DNA of 64,000 bases from Aulosira sp. ZfuVER01. GTDB lineage: Bacteria; Cyanobacteriota; Cyanobacteriia; Cyanobacteriales; Nostocaceae. The translations under genes and the position numbers were made by a program. Location: positions 32,001-96,000 of the forward strand of contig JAVRCV020000028.1 of NCBI GenBank assembly GCA_034530615.2, written 5' to 3'. Below the pieces are notes generated by a model. It worked only from the letters and a program-made list of their open reading frames with translations, had not been told where the DNA came from and did no database searches. Of the stretch, positions 42,624 through 52,617 are shown piece after piece (within the stretch, counting starts at the first letter, position 1; every line of letters starts with the position of its first letter).

Positions 42624-45600
42624 TTAATTATTCCCAGCAAAACAGTTAGAAGAATTCAGCCAAGCAGCAGAAGATTTAGGTGTATAAGAAATCAGCGTAA
42701 CTTCGCCCTTGTCATTGAATACCCAACCTGTCGCAGGCATAATTAATGCTGTCTTCCGTTTGACGGGGGTTGCAGTAGAAGTTAAAGCTGTCTGCTGTGT
42801 AGTGTCAGCCCGGATGCGGATATCTTCCCAAACAGTATCACTGCTGAGAAATTCGTCAGGTTTAGGCGGTAAACCACCACGCCCAGCATCAGTAAATGCA
42901 CTAGCCACTTTTTCATTAACAGCGCTACAGCTTTGGGCGATTTGCTGGGAAGGGTCAGTGGCGTTGATTGGCAAAGAAACTATTCCTTTGCTGGGGTCAA
43001 TATCTGGCGAACTGATGCTGACTATGCCGTTTAATTGGGGGTTGGTTTGGGAAATTGCTGTAATATCGTTAGTTGGCAGAAATTGTGGGTCAAGTTTTTC
43101 TGGGTCGGTTGTGCCTAATTTCTGCTCAAGTTCTTGCCTAGTCAGGGTTGCTAGCCCAATCACTCCTTTGGCATTGATTTCGATTGTCCCACCACTACCA
43201 GAGAAAGCATTCGCAGAGATATCGTTATTTTCGACAGAAGGAGAGACAATAAAGCCTCGGTTAGGATCTAGATTAATGGCGATCGCACCGCCATCGCCAC
43301 CTGCACCTTGTCTGCCTGCGGTAGTCGAGACCACGCTGTTGCGACGAAACAGCAATAAATCTTGCAAGTTGAGGCTAATACTACCGCCTTGTCCGCTATT
43401 GGTGTCGGCGGTAATTTTGGCTTGATTATCCAGAAAAAGGCGATTAGCGCTCATGCTAATACTACCTGCGACACCTGTTCCCTGGCTATCTACAGTGATT
43501 TTTGCATCATCTTTAATAATGGCTTGCCCTGATGCAACATGAATTGTCCCACCATTGCCAGTAGAGTTTACTTCTGTATTGGCGAACAGTCCACTATATT
43601 GATTAATCGGGCCGAGGATGCGTTTAATTTCGCCATCATTTTGCGGGACAACAAAATTGTAGCTATCTTTAATTTGATAAAGTTGCTGTTTTAGTTCATT
43701 GAATTGTTGAACGTAAGTAGGGTCTTGCGCAGCAATTATAATTTGATCGAGTCCATTTAAGTTATTAATCAAGTTCTTAATTGGTTCGAGTATGTTACTA
43801 ATTTCTGGGTTACTTGCAACCAGAAGAAAATCATAGCTATTTTTAAATTGATCGATTCGTTGTTTCAGTTCATTAACTAGTTGATTGGAACTAGGGTTTT
43901 CCAACAATGCACTCAAGTTATTAATTAAGTTACTAATCGGGTCGAGTATATTTCTAGGTTCTTGGTCATTTTCAGCTATAAAAGCATCGTAGATAGCTTT
44001 CAGGATATCAAGTCGGCTTTTCAGTTCATTAAAGCGTTGTTCATATTCATAATTTTGTCCAGCAATCTTAATATTATTGCTTGCACTAATTTTGATACTA
44101 CCGGCTTGTCCACTTCTATAGGCGTTAGTGATAATTTGTCCCCCACCTGTAAGCTCAAGATTATTTACATCAATATCAATATTTCCGCCACGACCGCTAC
44201 TTTTAGAAGGAGCGCTCAAAACACCTCCATCACTAATAGTTAGATTGCCAGTTTTAATAGTGATATTGCCACCAGAACCAGCATCTGGATTTTCACTTTC
44301 AGTATTCACAGATAATCCACTGGAAAATCTAATCAAAGGTGCTGCCCCAGAAATAGTAACAGAAGCAGCCGCTTGATCTTCATCGTTGAGAGGGTTAATA
44401 GTAATATTGCCACCTTTACCACTACCAAAAGTTTCAGCATTAATTCTTGCTCCCTCTGTTAGGGAAAGAGACTGTGTTTTGATATTGATATTACCTGCAT
44501 CACCACTGCCAAAAGTTTGGCCATCAATTCTTGATATATCACTTAAAGATAATGACTGAGTAATTATATTCAAATTACCTGCGTTGCCACTGCCAAAAGT
44601 TGTAGCTTGAATCAGTGATTCATTACTAAAAGAAATTTCCTGAGCCTTGATGTTGACATTACCTGCATTTCCCTGCAAATAAGTTCTAGCATTTAAAATA
44701 GAGTTATCTGTAAAAGATACTGTTTTCTCTGCCGTAATATAGACATTACCGCTATCTCCTGAACCCAAGGTACTAGCATTTAAAATAGAGTGGTTTGTTA
44801 AAAACAAAGAATCAGCATTTATATGAATATCACCACCACCAGCACCTTCTTGATGAGATAAATTTTGCAGAGCTACGGTAATTTTATTAGTGCCAGTGTT
44901 TATACTACTCTCGGAAAGCGAGACTGCACCACCAGTTGTGTTAACAGTTATGCTTCCTGCTTTTCCAGTTCCTTGAGTATTAGCTAATAGAGAACTGTTA
45001 TTATTAAGAGATACTGAGCTAGCCTCAACATTAATGTCTCCTCCCTTCCCTGCACTATAAGTTGTAGTTTCCAGATTACTGTTATTTATCAATAAATCTC
45101 CTAGAGATTTAACTACTATATTTCCGACATCATTACCATCCACAAAATTACTATTATTTATTTGGGAGTTTTCAATCGTGACTTTTTGGGGAGAAAAGTC
45201 TGCATATTCTGAAGCTCCAATAAATATTCTGCCAAGATTACCGGTACTGGAGATTTTGCTTGAGTTCTCAATCCTGACTTCTTGACGCGCATTAATAGCT
45301 ATATCTCCTGCATAGCCAGAGCCGCCAATATTACTAATATTTAAATTAGAGCCATTTAAATAGATAGAACCACCAGTAGAGTTGATACTGATGCGGCTAT
45401 AGTCATTATTATTAGAATTACTAGAAGCTTTGATATTAGCTACATCAATATCACCAGGGGCTTCAATAGTTACATCTCCACCCGCTTGTAAACTACCTTG
45501 TAAGTCGAGATTACCAGCGATGAAGCTCAAATCTTGCCCAACGCTTAAATTCCCGCTATTACTAATACTTCCCGACTGATTTCCATCAAACTGCAACCCC

Positions 45601-46220
45601 GGACGCAAGTTGACTGTGAGTAGTGGCGCTGTTTCAGGATGAGCGGCGCTGAACTTCAAGCCATTTTCAAAGACAAAGCTATTGGCTGTCGTCGCCAGAA
45701 ACGAACCTGCAACATCTAAACGAGCATTCGACCCAAAAATAATACCATTGGGATTAAGGAAGAATAGATTTGCTCTGCCATCCACACCTAAAGTCCCGAA
45801 AATCTTTGAGGGGTCGCTACCTGTGACGCGAGTGAAGATATTTTCAATACCTGCGGGATTGGCAAAGTAGACTCGTTGTCCATCACCGACGTTGAATTGC
45901 AAGAAACTCTGGAATAAATTGATACCTCTGTTAGCTCCGCCTTCAATCAAGGTTGCAGGTAATCCTTGAACGTTGGTATTTGGGATCAATTTTGTACTTT
46001 CTGCGCCTAATGTGCTATCTGGAATAATTTGAGCGCGTGCAGAATTTGTCAATGCAGTAGTCATTGTTAGTATAATTATTAACCTTATTTGCCATAAATG
46101 TTGCCAATTAGCTCGAACCATGTCAGTATTGTTCCGCAAGTCTCGTGGAGACTTATTTATACGTAAAAATATTAAAAATAAGTAGATTTTTGGATAAAAA
46201 TCATTCAACATTCTACTCAT
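42624..46220 (-). CDS. Filamentous-haemagglutinin-family TpsA exoprotein, copy A (start may be the ATG at 46121)
   Basis: AQIIPD, NLFQSF, NLFFLNPNGIIFG TPS domain; GNAGNI beta-helix repeats; C-terminal GRGGLP...GW motif. Confidence 0.9.
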   Translation of the reverse strand: MSRMLNDFYPKIYLFLIFLRINKSPRDLRNNTDMVRANWQHLWQIRLIIILTMTTALTNSARAQIIPDSTLGAESTKLIPNTNVQGLPATLIEGGANRGINLFQSFLQFNVGDGQRVYFANPAGIENIFTRVTGSDPSKIFGTLGVDGRANLFFLNPNGIIFGSNARLDVAGSFLATTANSFVFENGLKFSAAHPETAPLLTVNLRPGLQFDGNQSGSISNSGNLSVGQDLSFIAGNLDLQGSLQAGGDVTIEAPGDIDVANIKASSNSNNNDYSRISINSTGGSIYLNGSNLNISNIGGSGYAGDIAINARQEVRIENSSKISSTGNLGRIFIGASEYADFSPQKVTIENSQINNSNFVDGNDVGNIVVKSLGDLLINNSNLETTTYSAGKGGDINVEASSVSLNNNSSLLANTQGTGKAGSITVNTTGGAVSLSESSINTGTNKITVALQNLSHQEGAGGGDIHINADSLFLTNHSILNASTLGSGDSGNVYITAEKTVSFTDNSILNARTYLQGNAGNVNIKAQEISFSNESLIQATTFGSGNAGNLNIITQSLSLSDISRIDGQTFGSGDAGNINIKTQSLSLTEGARINAETFGSGKGGNITINPLNDEDQAAASVTISGAAPLIRFSSGLSVNTESENPDAGSGGNITIKTGNLTISDGGVLSAPSKSSGRGGNIDIDVNNLELTGGGQIITNAYRSGQAGSIKISASNNIKIAGQNYEYEQRFNELKSRLDILKAIYDAFIAENDQEPRNILDPISNLINNLSALLENPSSNQLVNELKQRIDQFKNSYDFLLVASNPEISNILEPIKNLINNLNGLDQIIIAAQDPTYVQQFNELKQQLYQIKDSYNFVVPQNDGEIKRILGPINQYSGLFANTEVNSTGNGGTIHVASGQAIIKDDAKITVDSQGTGVAGSISMSANRLFLDNQAKITADTNSGQGGSISLNLQDLLLFRRNSVVSTTAGRQGAGGDGGAIAINLDPNRGFIVSPSVENNDISANAFSGSGGTIEINAKGVIGLATLTRQELEQKLGTTDPEKLDPQFLPTNDITAISQTNPQLNGIVSISSPDIDPSKGIVSLPINATDPSQQIAQSCSAVNEKVASAFTDAGRGGLPPKPDEFLSSDTVWEDIRIRADTTQQTALTSTATPVKRKTALIMPATGWVFNDKGEVTLISYTPKSSAAWLNSSNCFAGNN

Positions 46221-46365
46221 CTCCTAAGGCAAATGGCGAGGATTTTCAGTAGTGTTAAGTAACTAATAAAACTCCGTAAATAAAGTTAGAGAATTGAATA
46301 GAAAAAGAGCTTATTTTAATCCGCGTTGATGTTGAGTTCAGGACTAAAGCCGTGACTACATACTG

Positions 46366-49300
46366 TCATCGGGTTTTAGCTGCACAGTTAGAGGAATTTA
46401 ACCAAGCCGCAGAAGATTTCGGTGTATGAGATATGAGGGTGACTTCGCCCTTATCGTTGAATACCCAACCTGTCGCAGGCATAATTAATACCGTCTTCTG
46501 TTTGACGGGGGTTGCAGTTGCAGCAGGAATGGAATTTGACTGCTGTGTTGTACTAGCCCGGATGCGGATATCTTCCCAAACAGTATCACTGCTGAGAAAT
46601 TCGTCAGGTTTAGGCGGTAAACCACCACGCCCAGCATCAGTAAATGCACTAGCCACTTTTTCATTAACCGCGCTACAACTTTGAGCTATTTGCTGGGAAG
46701 GGTCAGTGGCGTTGATTGGTAAAGCAACAATTCCTTTGCTGGGGTCAATATCTGGGGAACTGATGCTGACTATGCCATTTAATTGGGGGTTGGTTTGAGA
46801 AATCGCTGTAATATCGTTAGTTGGCAGAAATTGGGGGTCAAGTTTTTCCGGGTCGGTTGTGCCTAATTTCTGCTCAAGTTCTTGCCTAGTCAGCGTTGCT
46901 AGCCCAATCACTCCTTTGGCATTGATTTCGATTGTCCCACCGCTACCAGAGAAAGCATTCGCAGAGATATCGTTATTTTCAACAGCAGGGGAAACAATAA
47001 AGCCTCGATCGGGATCTAGATTAATGGCGATCGCACCGCCATCGCCACCTGCACCTTGTCTGCCTGCGGTAGTCGAGACCACGCTGTTGCGACGAAACAG
47101 CAATAAATCTTGCAAGTTGAGGCTAATACTACCGCCTTGTCCGCTATTGGTGTCGGCGGTAATTTTGGCTTGATTATCCAGAAAAAGGCGATTAGCGCTC
47201 ATGCTAATACTACCTGCGACACCTGTTCCCTGGCTATCTACAGTGATTTTTGCATCATCTTTAATAATGGCTTGCCCTGATGCAACATGAATTGTCCCAC
47301 CATTGCCAGTAGAGTTTACTTCTGTATTGGCGAATAGTCCACTATATTGATTAATCGAGCCGAGGATGCGTTTAATTTCGCTATCATTTTGCGGGACAAC
47401 AAAATCGTAGGTATCTTTAATTGAATTGAATTGATTTTTTAGTTCATTTAGTCGTTGATCGTATGCTAAGTCTTGACCAGCGATCGCAACATTATCGGTT
47501 GCATTAATTTTGATGTTACCAGCTTGTCCACTTCTATAGGTGTTAGTAACAATTTGTCCACCGCCTGCAATATCAATATTATTGACATTAACGTTGATAT
47601 TGCCACCGCTGCCGCTACTTTTAGAGGAAGCGCTCAAAACAGCACCATCTTTAAGGTTCAAATTACCAGTATTAATAGTTATATTGCCGCCAGGCCCCGC
47701 ATCTAGTTGTTCGCTTTCGGTATTAACAAAGAATCCGCTAGAAAATCCATTTAAAGGTGATGCACCAGATATGGTGACAGAAGCAGCAGATTGTTCTTGA
47801 GAGTTAAGAGGATTAATAGTAATATTGCCACCTTTACCACTAGCAAAAGTATCGGCATTGATTCTCGAACCCTCTGTTAAAGAAAGAGACTGTGTTTGTA
47901 TATTGGCATTACCGGCATTACCGCTACCAAAAGTTTGAGCATCGATTCTTGATGTATTGCTTAAGGTCAATAACTGAGTGTTTATCTCTAGATTACCTGC
48001 ATTACCACTGCCAAAAGTTTCCGCTTGAATTAGCGATTCATTACTGAAAGAAAGCTCCTGAGTTTTGATATTGACATTGCCAGCATTTCCAGTGTAATAA
48101 GTTCTCGCATTTAAAGTAGAACTGTCTGTAAAAGATACTGTTTTATCTGCTGTAATATAGACGTTACCACCGTTTCCTGAACCAAAAGTACTAGCATTTA
48201 AAAGAGAGTGTTTTGTTAATAGAAAAGAATTAGCAGTGATATTAATATCACCACCACCCTGACCTTCTTTTTTTTCTACATTTTGGGGTTCTGTGGGAAG
48301 TAGCCCATCGCTACCAGTGTTGATACTGCTTTCAGAAAGCGATACTGCACCACCAGTTGTGTTAACAGTTACGCTTCCTGCTTTTCCAGATCCTTGAGTA
48401 TTAGCCAATAGAGAACTTTGGTTACTCAAAGATACTGAGTTAGCCTTAACGCTAATATTTCCTCCATTCCCTGAACCATAAGTTGCAGTTTCTAGATTAC
48501 TGCTAGTAAGAAATAAGCCTCCAAGAGATTGAACTATGATATTTCCAGCATCTTTAGTAAGGATATTTTCTTGATTATTACCTTCTACTAAGTTGATAGC
48601 GGTCAAGAAAGTATGGTCAAGTGTGACTTTATTAGGGATGATTGACATTTCATCAAAAGTATTGCCAATTAAGATATTTCCAAAATAGCCATTACTAAAA
48701 ATTCCATTATTTGGAGTCCTATCACTAGCAGAATTGTCAATAAGAGAAATCTCATTTAGCGCATTAATAATTATATTTCCAGCATAACCACCACCTGTAT
48801 TAGTTGTACTCACCCTTGAATGATTCACCTGTACCGAGTCTTGATTGGCAGTAATTTGAATATAGCCAGGTAAAAAGTAAGTATTGGAATCATTAGGATT
48901 AATGACTAAGCTATTACTTTCACTAGTTATTTGGCTGTCATTAATAGAGATATCTTTCTCACTAGCATGAATCTCGATAGATCCAGCTTCTCCTAAGCCA
49001 TTATTATCTGTTTTTAGAGTAGCTGCTTTTAGGGATATTGCACCAGCTTCAATACTAATATTACCTGCATCACCTGTACCACTTAAGACATCGCTATTTA
49101 GCCAAGAATCGAAAATATTCACTGTACTGGGAGAGAAGTTGGCATATTCTGATTTGCCAATAAAAATTCTGCCATAATTTCCAGTACTAGAAATTTGAGT
49201 TTTATTCTCTACCCTAACTTCGTTACGAGCGCTAATATTTATATCTCCAGCGTAGCCTGAACTAGCATTGTTAGTATTCAGATGAGACCCATTTAAGTAG

Positions 49301-51108
49301 ACAGAACCATTCGTAGATTTGATATTTATGCTGCTAAATTCTTTACCATTTGAACTATTAGCTCCATCCGTGAAATGGCTAGAGGCTGTTATATTACCTA
49401 AATAAATATCACCAGGAGCTTCAATCGTTACGTCTCCAGCAAATCCATTGGGTGTTGCCGATACAATATCTCCTAATCTTGTATCAATTCCCCCATTTTT
49501 ACTAATGAGGGTAATATTACCTCCATTTCCACTACTAGTCTGAACTAAATTTGAAAGCAATGGACTTCCAATGCGAATATTGTTATTAGCAAGGAATTGG
49601 ATATTATTATTACTGTCAATACCATAAGAAATATCAATTACGCCATTAGTTGTGATATCACTTCGGGAATCAATGATAACATCACCAAAAGTTTGGATAA
49701 GATTAGTTGTAATTTTGCCAGGTAATTGATTAGGAGCGTACTGATTATTTAAAAGGATTTTGCCCTTGATAGGTTCACCAGTGCCAGAATAATTTAAATT
49801 GACAATTCTACCGATATTAATATCTGCACTTGAAGGTGGTGCGTTAGGGTTAATGATGCCAATAGCACCAGGAATCGGATTTGGTGTTAGCCCGGGAGTC
49901 CCAAAAGCATTAGTTCCAGCGCGAATATCTAAAGTTGGTTCCAATGCACCATTAATAGCAACAGAATTCGTGCCATTAGGGAGGCTGGTTGATAGTGGTA
50001 CATTTTCTGTGATGGCGTTAGTTGCATCTGCACCAGTAATTGTAATACTGCCAATATTTACAGAACCTCCTGCGAATATGTGCAAAGAAGCGCCTTGATA
50101 ACTATTGAAACTCACATCTCCACTAGCACGAATGATGGGATCTCCAGGACTTTTAAGATTGCCCAAATTGCCGTCGAGTTTCTCAATGCGAAAATGGCCA
50201 CCAGCCCAGTAGTGCGCATCTCCAGCTACAGCATTGGGACTGCGCAACACCATATCGCTACCAGAGAACAAGCTACTTTGAGGGTGATTGAGGGCAAAGA
50301 TATCGACAGCGCGATCGCCTTGTACAATTAACTGATTACCTGCACTAGCAATGAATGAATTTGCAGCTGTATCTCTGAGTTTGACGGTATCTTGAGCCTG
50401 TAGTGTTAAATCTCTGCCAGCCTGTAACTTACCTTGTAAGTCGAGATTACCAGCGATGAGACTCAAATCTTGCCCGACGCTTAAATTCGCTGTATTGCGA
50501 ATACTTGCAGGCTGATTTGCACCAAACTGCAACCCCGGACGCAAGCTGACTGTCAGTAGTGGTGCGGCTTCGGGATTTGTGGCGCTGAACTTTAAGCCAT
50601 TTTCAAAGACAAAGCTATTGGCTGTTGTCGCCAGAAATGAACCTGGAACATCTAAACGGGCATTTGAGCCAAAAATAATACCATTGGGATTAAGGAAGAA
50701 CAGATTTGCTCTGCCATCCACACCCAAAGTACCGAAAATCTTTGAGGGATCGCTACCTGTGACGCGAGTGAAGATGTTTTCAATACCTGCGGGATTGGCA
50801 AAGTAGACTCGTTGTCCATCACTTACGTTGAATTGTAAGAAACTCTGGAATAAATTGATACCTCTGCTAGCTCCGCCTTCAATCAAGGTGGCGGGTAATC
50901 CTTGAACGTTGGCATTTGGTGTCAATTTGGTACTTTCTGCACCTAATGTGCCATCTGGGACAATTTGAGCCTGTACAGAATCTAGAAATGTAGTAATTAT
51001 GCTACTGATAGTTAGTACAATTACTAAGCCAAATTTTCGTAACTGTTGGTGATTAGCTCGAAGGATGGCAGTATTAGCCTTAGAGTTTTCAGCGCTTATG
51101 GTATACAC
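46366..51108 (-). CDS. Filamentous-haemagglutinin-family TpsA exoprotein, copy B (start uncertain)
   Basis: Same TPS domain and C-terminal domain as copy A with a longer central region. Confidence 0.9.
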   Translation of the reverse strand: MYTISAENSKANTAILRANHQQLRKFGLVIVLTISSIITTFLDSVQAQIVPDGTLGAESTKLTPNANVQGLPATLIEGGASRGINLFQSFLQFNVSDGQRVYFANPAGIENIFTRVTGSDPSKIFGTLGVDGRANLFFLNPNGIIFGSNARLDVPGSFLATTANSFVFENGLKFSATNPEAAPLLTVSLRPGLQFGANQPASIRNTANLSVGQDLSLIAGNLDLQGKLQAGRDLTLQAQDTVKLRDTAANSFIASAGNQLIVQGDRAVDIFALNHPQSSLFSGSDMVLRSPNAVAGDAHYWAGGHFRIEKLDGNLGNLKSPGDPIIRASGDVSFNSYQGASLHIFAGGSVNIGSITITGADATNAITENVPLSTSLPNGTNSVAINGALEPTLDIRAGTNAFGTPGLTPNPIPGAIGIINPNAPPSSADINIGRIVNLNYSGTGEPIKGKILLNNQYAPNQLPGKITTNLIQTFGDVIIDSRSDITTNGVIDISYGIDSNNNIQFLANNNIRIGSPLLSNLVQTSSGNGGNITLISKNGGIDTRLGDIVSATPNGFAGDVTIEAPGDIYLGNITASSHFTDGANSSNGKEFSSINIKSTNGSVYLNGSHLNTNNASSGYAGDINISARNEVRVENKTQISSTGNYGRIFIGKSEYANFSPSTVNIFDSWLNSDVLSGTGDAGNISIEAGAISLKAATLKTDNNGLGEAGSIEIHASEKDISINDSQITSESNSLVINPNDSNTYFLPGYIQITANQDSVQVNHSRVSTTNTGGGYAGNIIINALNEISLIDNSASDRTPNNGIFSNGYFGNILIGNTFDEMSIIPNKVTLDHTFLTAINLVEGNNQENILTKDAGNIIVQSLGGLFLTSSNLETATYGSGNGGNISVKANSVSLSNQSSLLANTQGSGKAGSVTVNTTGGAVSLSESSINTGSDGLLPTEPQNVEKKEGQGGGDINITANSFLLTKHSLLNASTFGSGNGGNVYITADKTVSFTDSSTLNARTYYTGNAGNVNIKTQELSFSNESLIQAETFGSGNAGNLEINTQLLTLSNTSRIDAQTFGSGNAGNANIQTQSLSLTEGSRINADTFASGKGGNITINPLNSQEQSAASVTISGASPLNGFSSGFFVNTESEQLDAGPGGNITINTGNLNLKDGAVLSASSKSSGSGGNINVNVNNIDIAGGGQIVTNTYRSGQAGNIKINATDNVAIAGQDLAYDQRLNELKNQFNSIKDTYDFVVPQNDSEIKRILGSINQYSGLFANTEVNSTGNGGTIHVASGQAIIKDDAKITVDSQGTGVAGSISMSANRLFLDNQAKITADTNSGQGGSISLNLQDLLLFRRNSVVSTTAGRQGAGGDGGAIAINLDPDRGFIVSPAVENNDISANAFSGSGGTIEINAKGVIGLATLTRQELEQKLGTTDPEKLDPQFLPTNDITAISQTNPQLNGIVSISSPDIDPSKGIVALPINATDPSQQIAQSCSAVNEKVASAFTDAGRGGLPPKPDEFLSSDTVWEDIRIRASTTQQSNSIPAATATPVKQKTVLIMPATGWVFNDKGEVTLISHTPKSSAAWLNSSNCAAKTR

Positions 51109-51315
51109 AATTATTAGATAAATTAAGTAGATTTTTGGTTAAAAATTATCCAACATTCTACTCATATACCAGGGTAAATGGCGAGGTCGATGATTTTCTA
51201 AGCCTTGTAGTAAAAAAGACATAAATCTAAAATTTTATGAAGTGCGATCGCACCTGTAGCGGTTTGTCCTTGCGATCGCAACGCTCTATAAACTTATACT
51301 CTCAAGCAAACATAT

Positions 51316-51349
51316 AAAAATACCCGGTTTCTTTTGGAAAACCGGGTAT
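51316..51349 (-). terminator. Rho-independent terminator after the DUF928 gene
   Basis: atacccggttt...aaaccgggtat stem followed by a T-run on the minus strand. Confidence 0.65.
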
Positions 51350-51507
51350 GTAACTAATTATTGATTCATTGAAAGCAGCAGGAAAATCTATTCCCTTGTG
51401 ATGGAGAGAGACAACCGCCCCACAGCATAGGGTATAGGAAAGTTTACCAATGCCCTATGCCCCATTCCCCATGCCCAAAAACTCTACCCACAAGGGGATG
51501 GAGTTTT

Positions 51508-52446
51508 TCATTTTTGAGGAGTACAACATGGCAACAAGGGCTTATCTGTAACCTCCTCAAGGTTCACTGACTTCAATAAATCTGCCCAGTATTGTTGGAC
51601 TTCAGTATTAGTGGGATTCTGACGGCGTAAATCAGCTAAAATGCTGAGTGCATTTTCCCAAAATCCAGCGGTTGCATACAGAACAGCACGATCTAAAGGT
51701 TTTGGAGTCTCTTGTATCTGCTCTGCAATGTTCTCATCCTGCATGAGTTCAATTTTACCTTCTAGATACACATCGCGATCGCGGCTGTTAGGATCGCAAA
51801 TCATGGAAAAACTCCAAGTATACTCTTTGTCTGCTTTTAAAGATGGTTGGTTAGCAGGTAAAGTTACACTTACAATTCCAGCTTGCCGAACTGCTGGGAA
51901 ACTTTCTTTATATAACGGATCTGTATTCTCGTCATCCCGCAAAGCAAATTCTATTCCTGCTACTGTTTCAGAAGTTTTAGGAATATAGAAGAAGAATGTC
52001 GGATGGTCATTTGTGGTATGTTGCGCTTCTTTACTGCTGGGAATCAAAGGAATAGCAATCTCTGCATTCTGGAAACACGATCCTCGTGATGCTGCTGACC
52101 TTACCCTACCTGGTTTGCCGGGAACAAAACCAATCAAACTTCTGCGGCCTTGAATATAACCTGTGACATTCCTAATTGCCGCAGTCGCATATCTATCTCC
52201 GGGACGTAGTTGTGCTGCTTGCTGAAAAAATCCCAAAGCTTTGCGGTAGTTTCTCTGCCTAGTAGCAGTGTAGCCCGATCGCATATATTGGTCATAAGCA
52301 GACTTTGCTTGTGCTACTTGATAAACTGAATCTGCTGCTAAAAGTTTGCTAGTACTGATAGCGCTAAAAGGTAGACATACTAAAACAGCAAACAGATAAC
52401 TTTTCCACAATTTACCTTTCATAATCTTTATATCAGCTGGTACCAC
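51508..52446 (-). CDS. DUF928-domain protein with N-terminal TPR-like segment
   Basis: AASRGSC, T..DHPTFFFYIP, Y.WSFSMICD, YATAGFWENAL, W.DLL.SV.L; signal peptide. Confidence 0.88.
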   Translation of the reverse strand: MVPADIKIMKGKLWKSYLFAVLVCLPFSAISTSKLLAADSVYQVAQAKSAYDQYMRSGYTATRQRNYRKALGFFQQAAQLRPGDRYATAAIRNVTGYIQGRRSLIGFVPGKPGRVRSAASRGSCFQNAEIAIPLIPSSKEAQHTTNDHPTFFFYIPKTSETVAGIEFALRDDENTDPLYKESFPAVRQAGIVSVTLPANQPSLKADKEYTWSFSMICDPNSRDRDVYLEGKIELMQDENIAEQIQETPKPLDRAVLYATAGFWENALSILADLRRQNPTNTEVQQYWADLLKSVNLEEVTDKPLLPCCTPQK

Positions 52447-52617
52447 TGTACTAAGTTTCTAATACAGTCAAAGCTTTTTTTTATAACGATTTTCTGAGAT
52501 GCAAACCTAATATAATTACAAACTTCATGTTAAAAGCCCTGAATGTATGTATGTCTACATAGATATACATACTTACGTTAGACAGGGGATGACAATTACT
52601 AGTTCCCAATAGAACTG

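Noticed and set aside
42709..43425. 238-aa plus-strand ORF and similar antisense ORFs in tpsA, ndh and the NRPS
   Set aside because: Shadow frames of well-supported genes on the opposite strand.
42624..51108. Contact-dependent inhibition (CdiA/CdiI)
   Set aside because: The C-termini are conserved between copies, with no VENN-type motif, toxin tip or small immunity gene.
52544..52572. TGTA-N8-TACA NtcA-like match upstream of DUF928
   Set aside because: It lies within a low-complexity gtat hairpin with no properly spaced -10 box.
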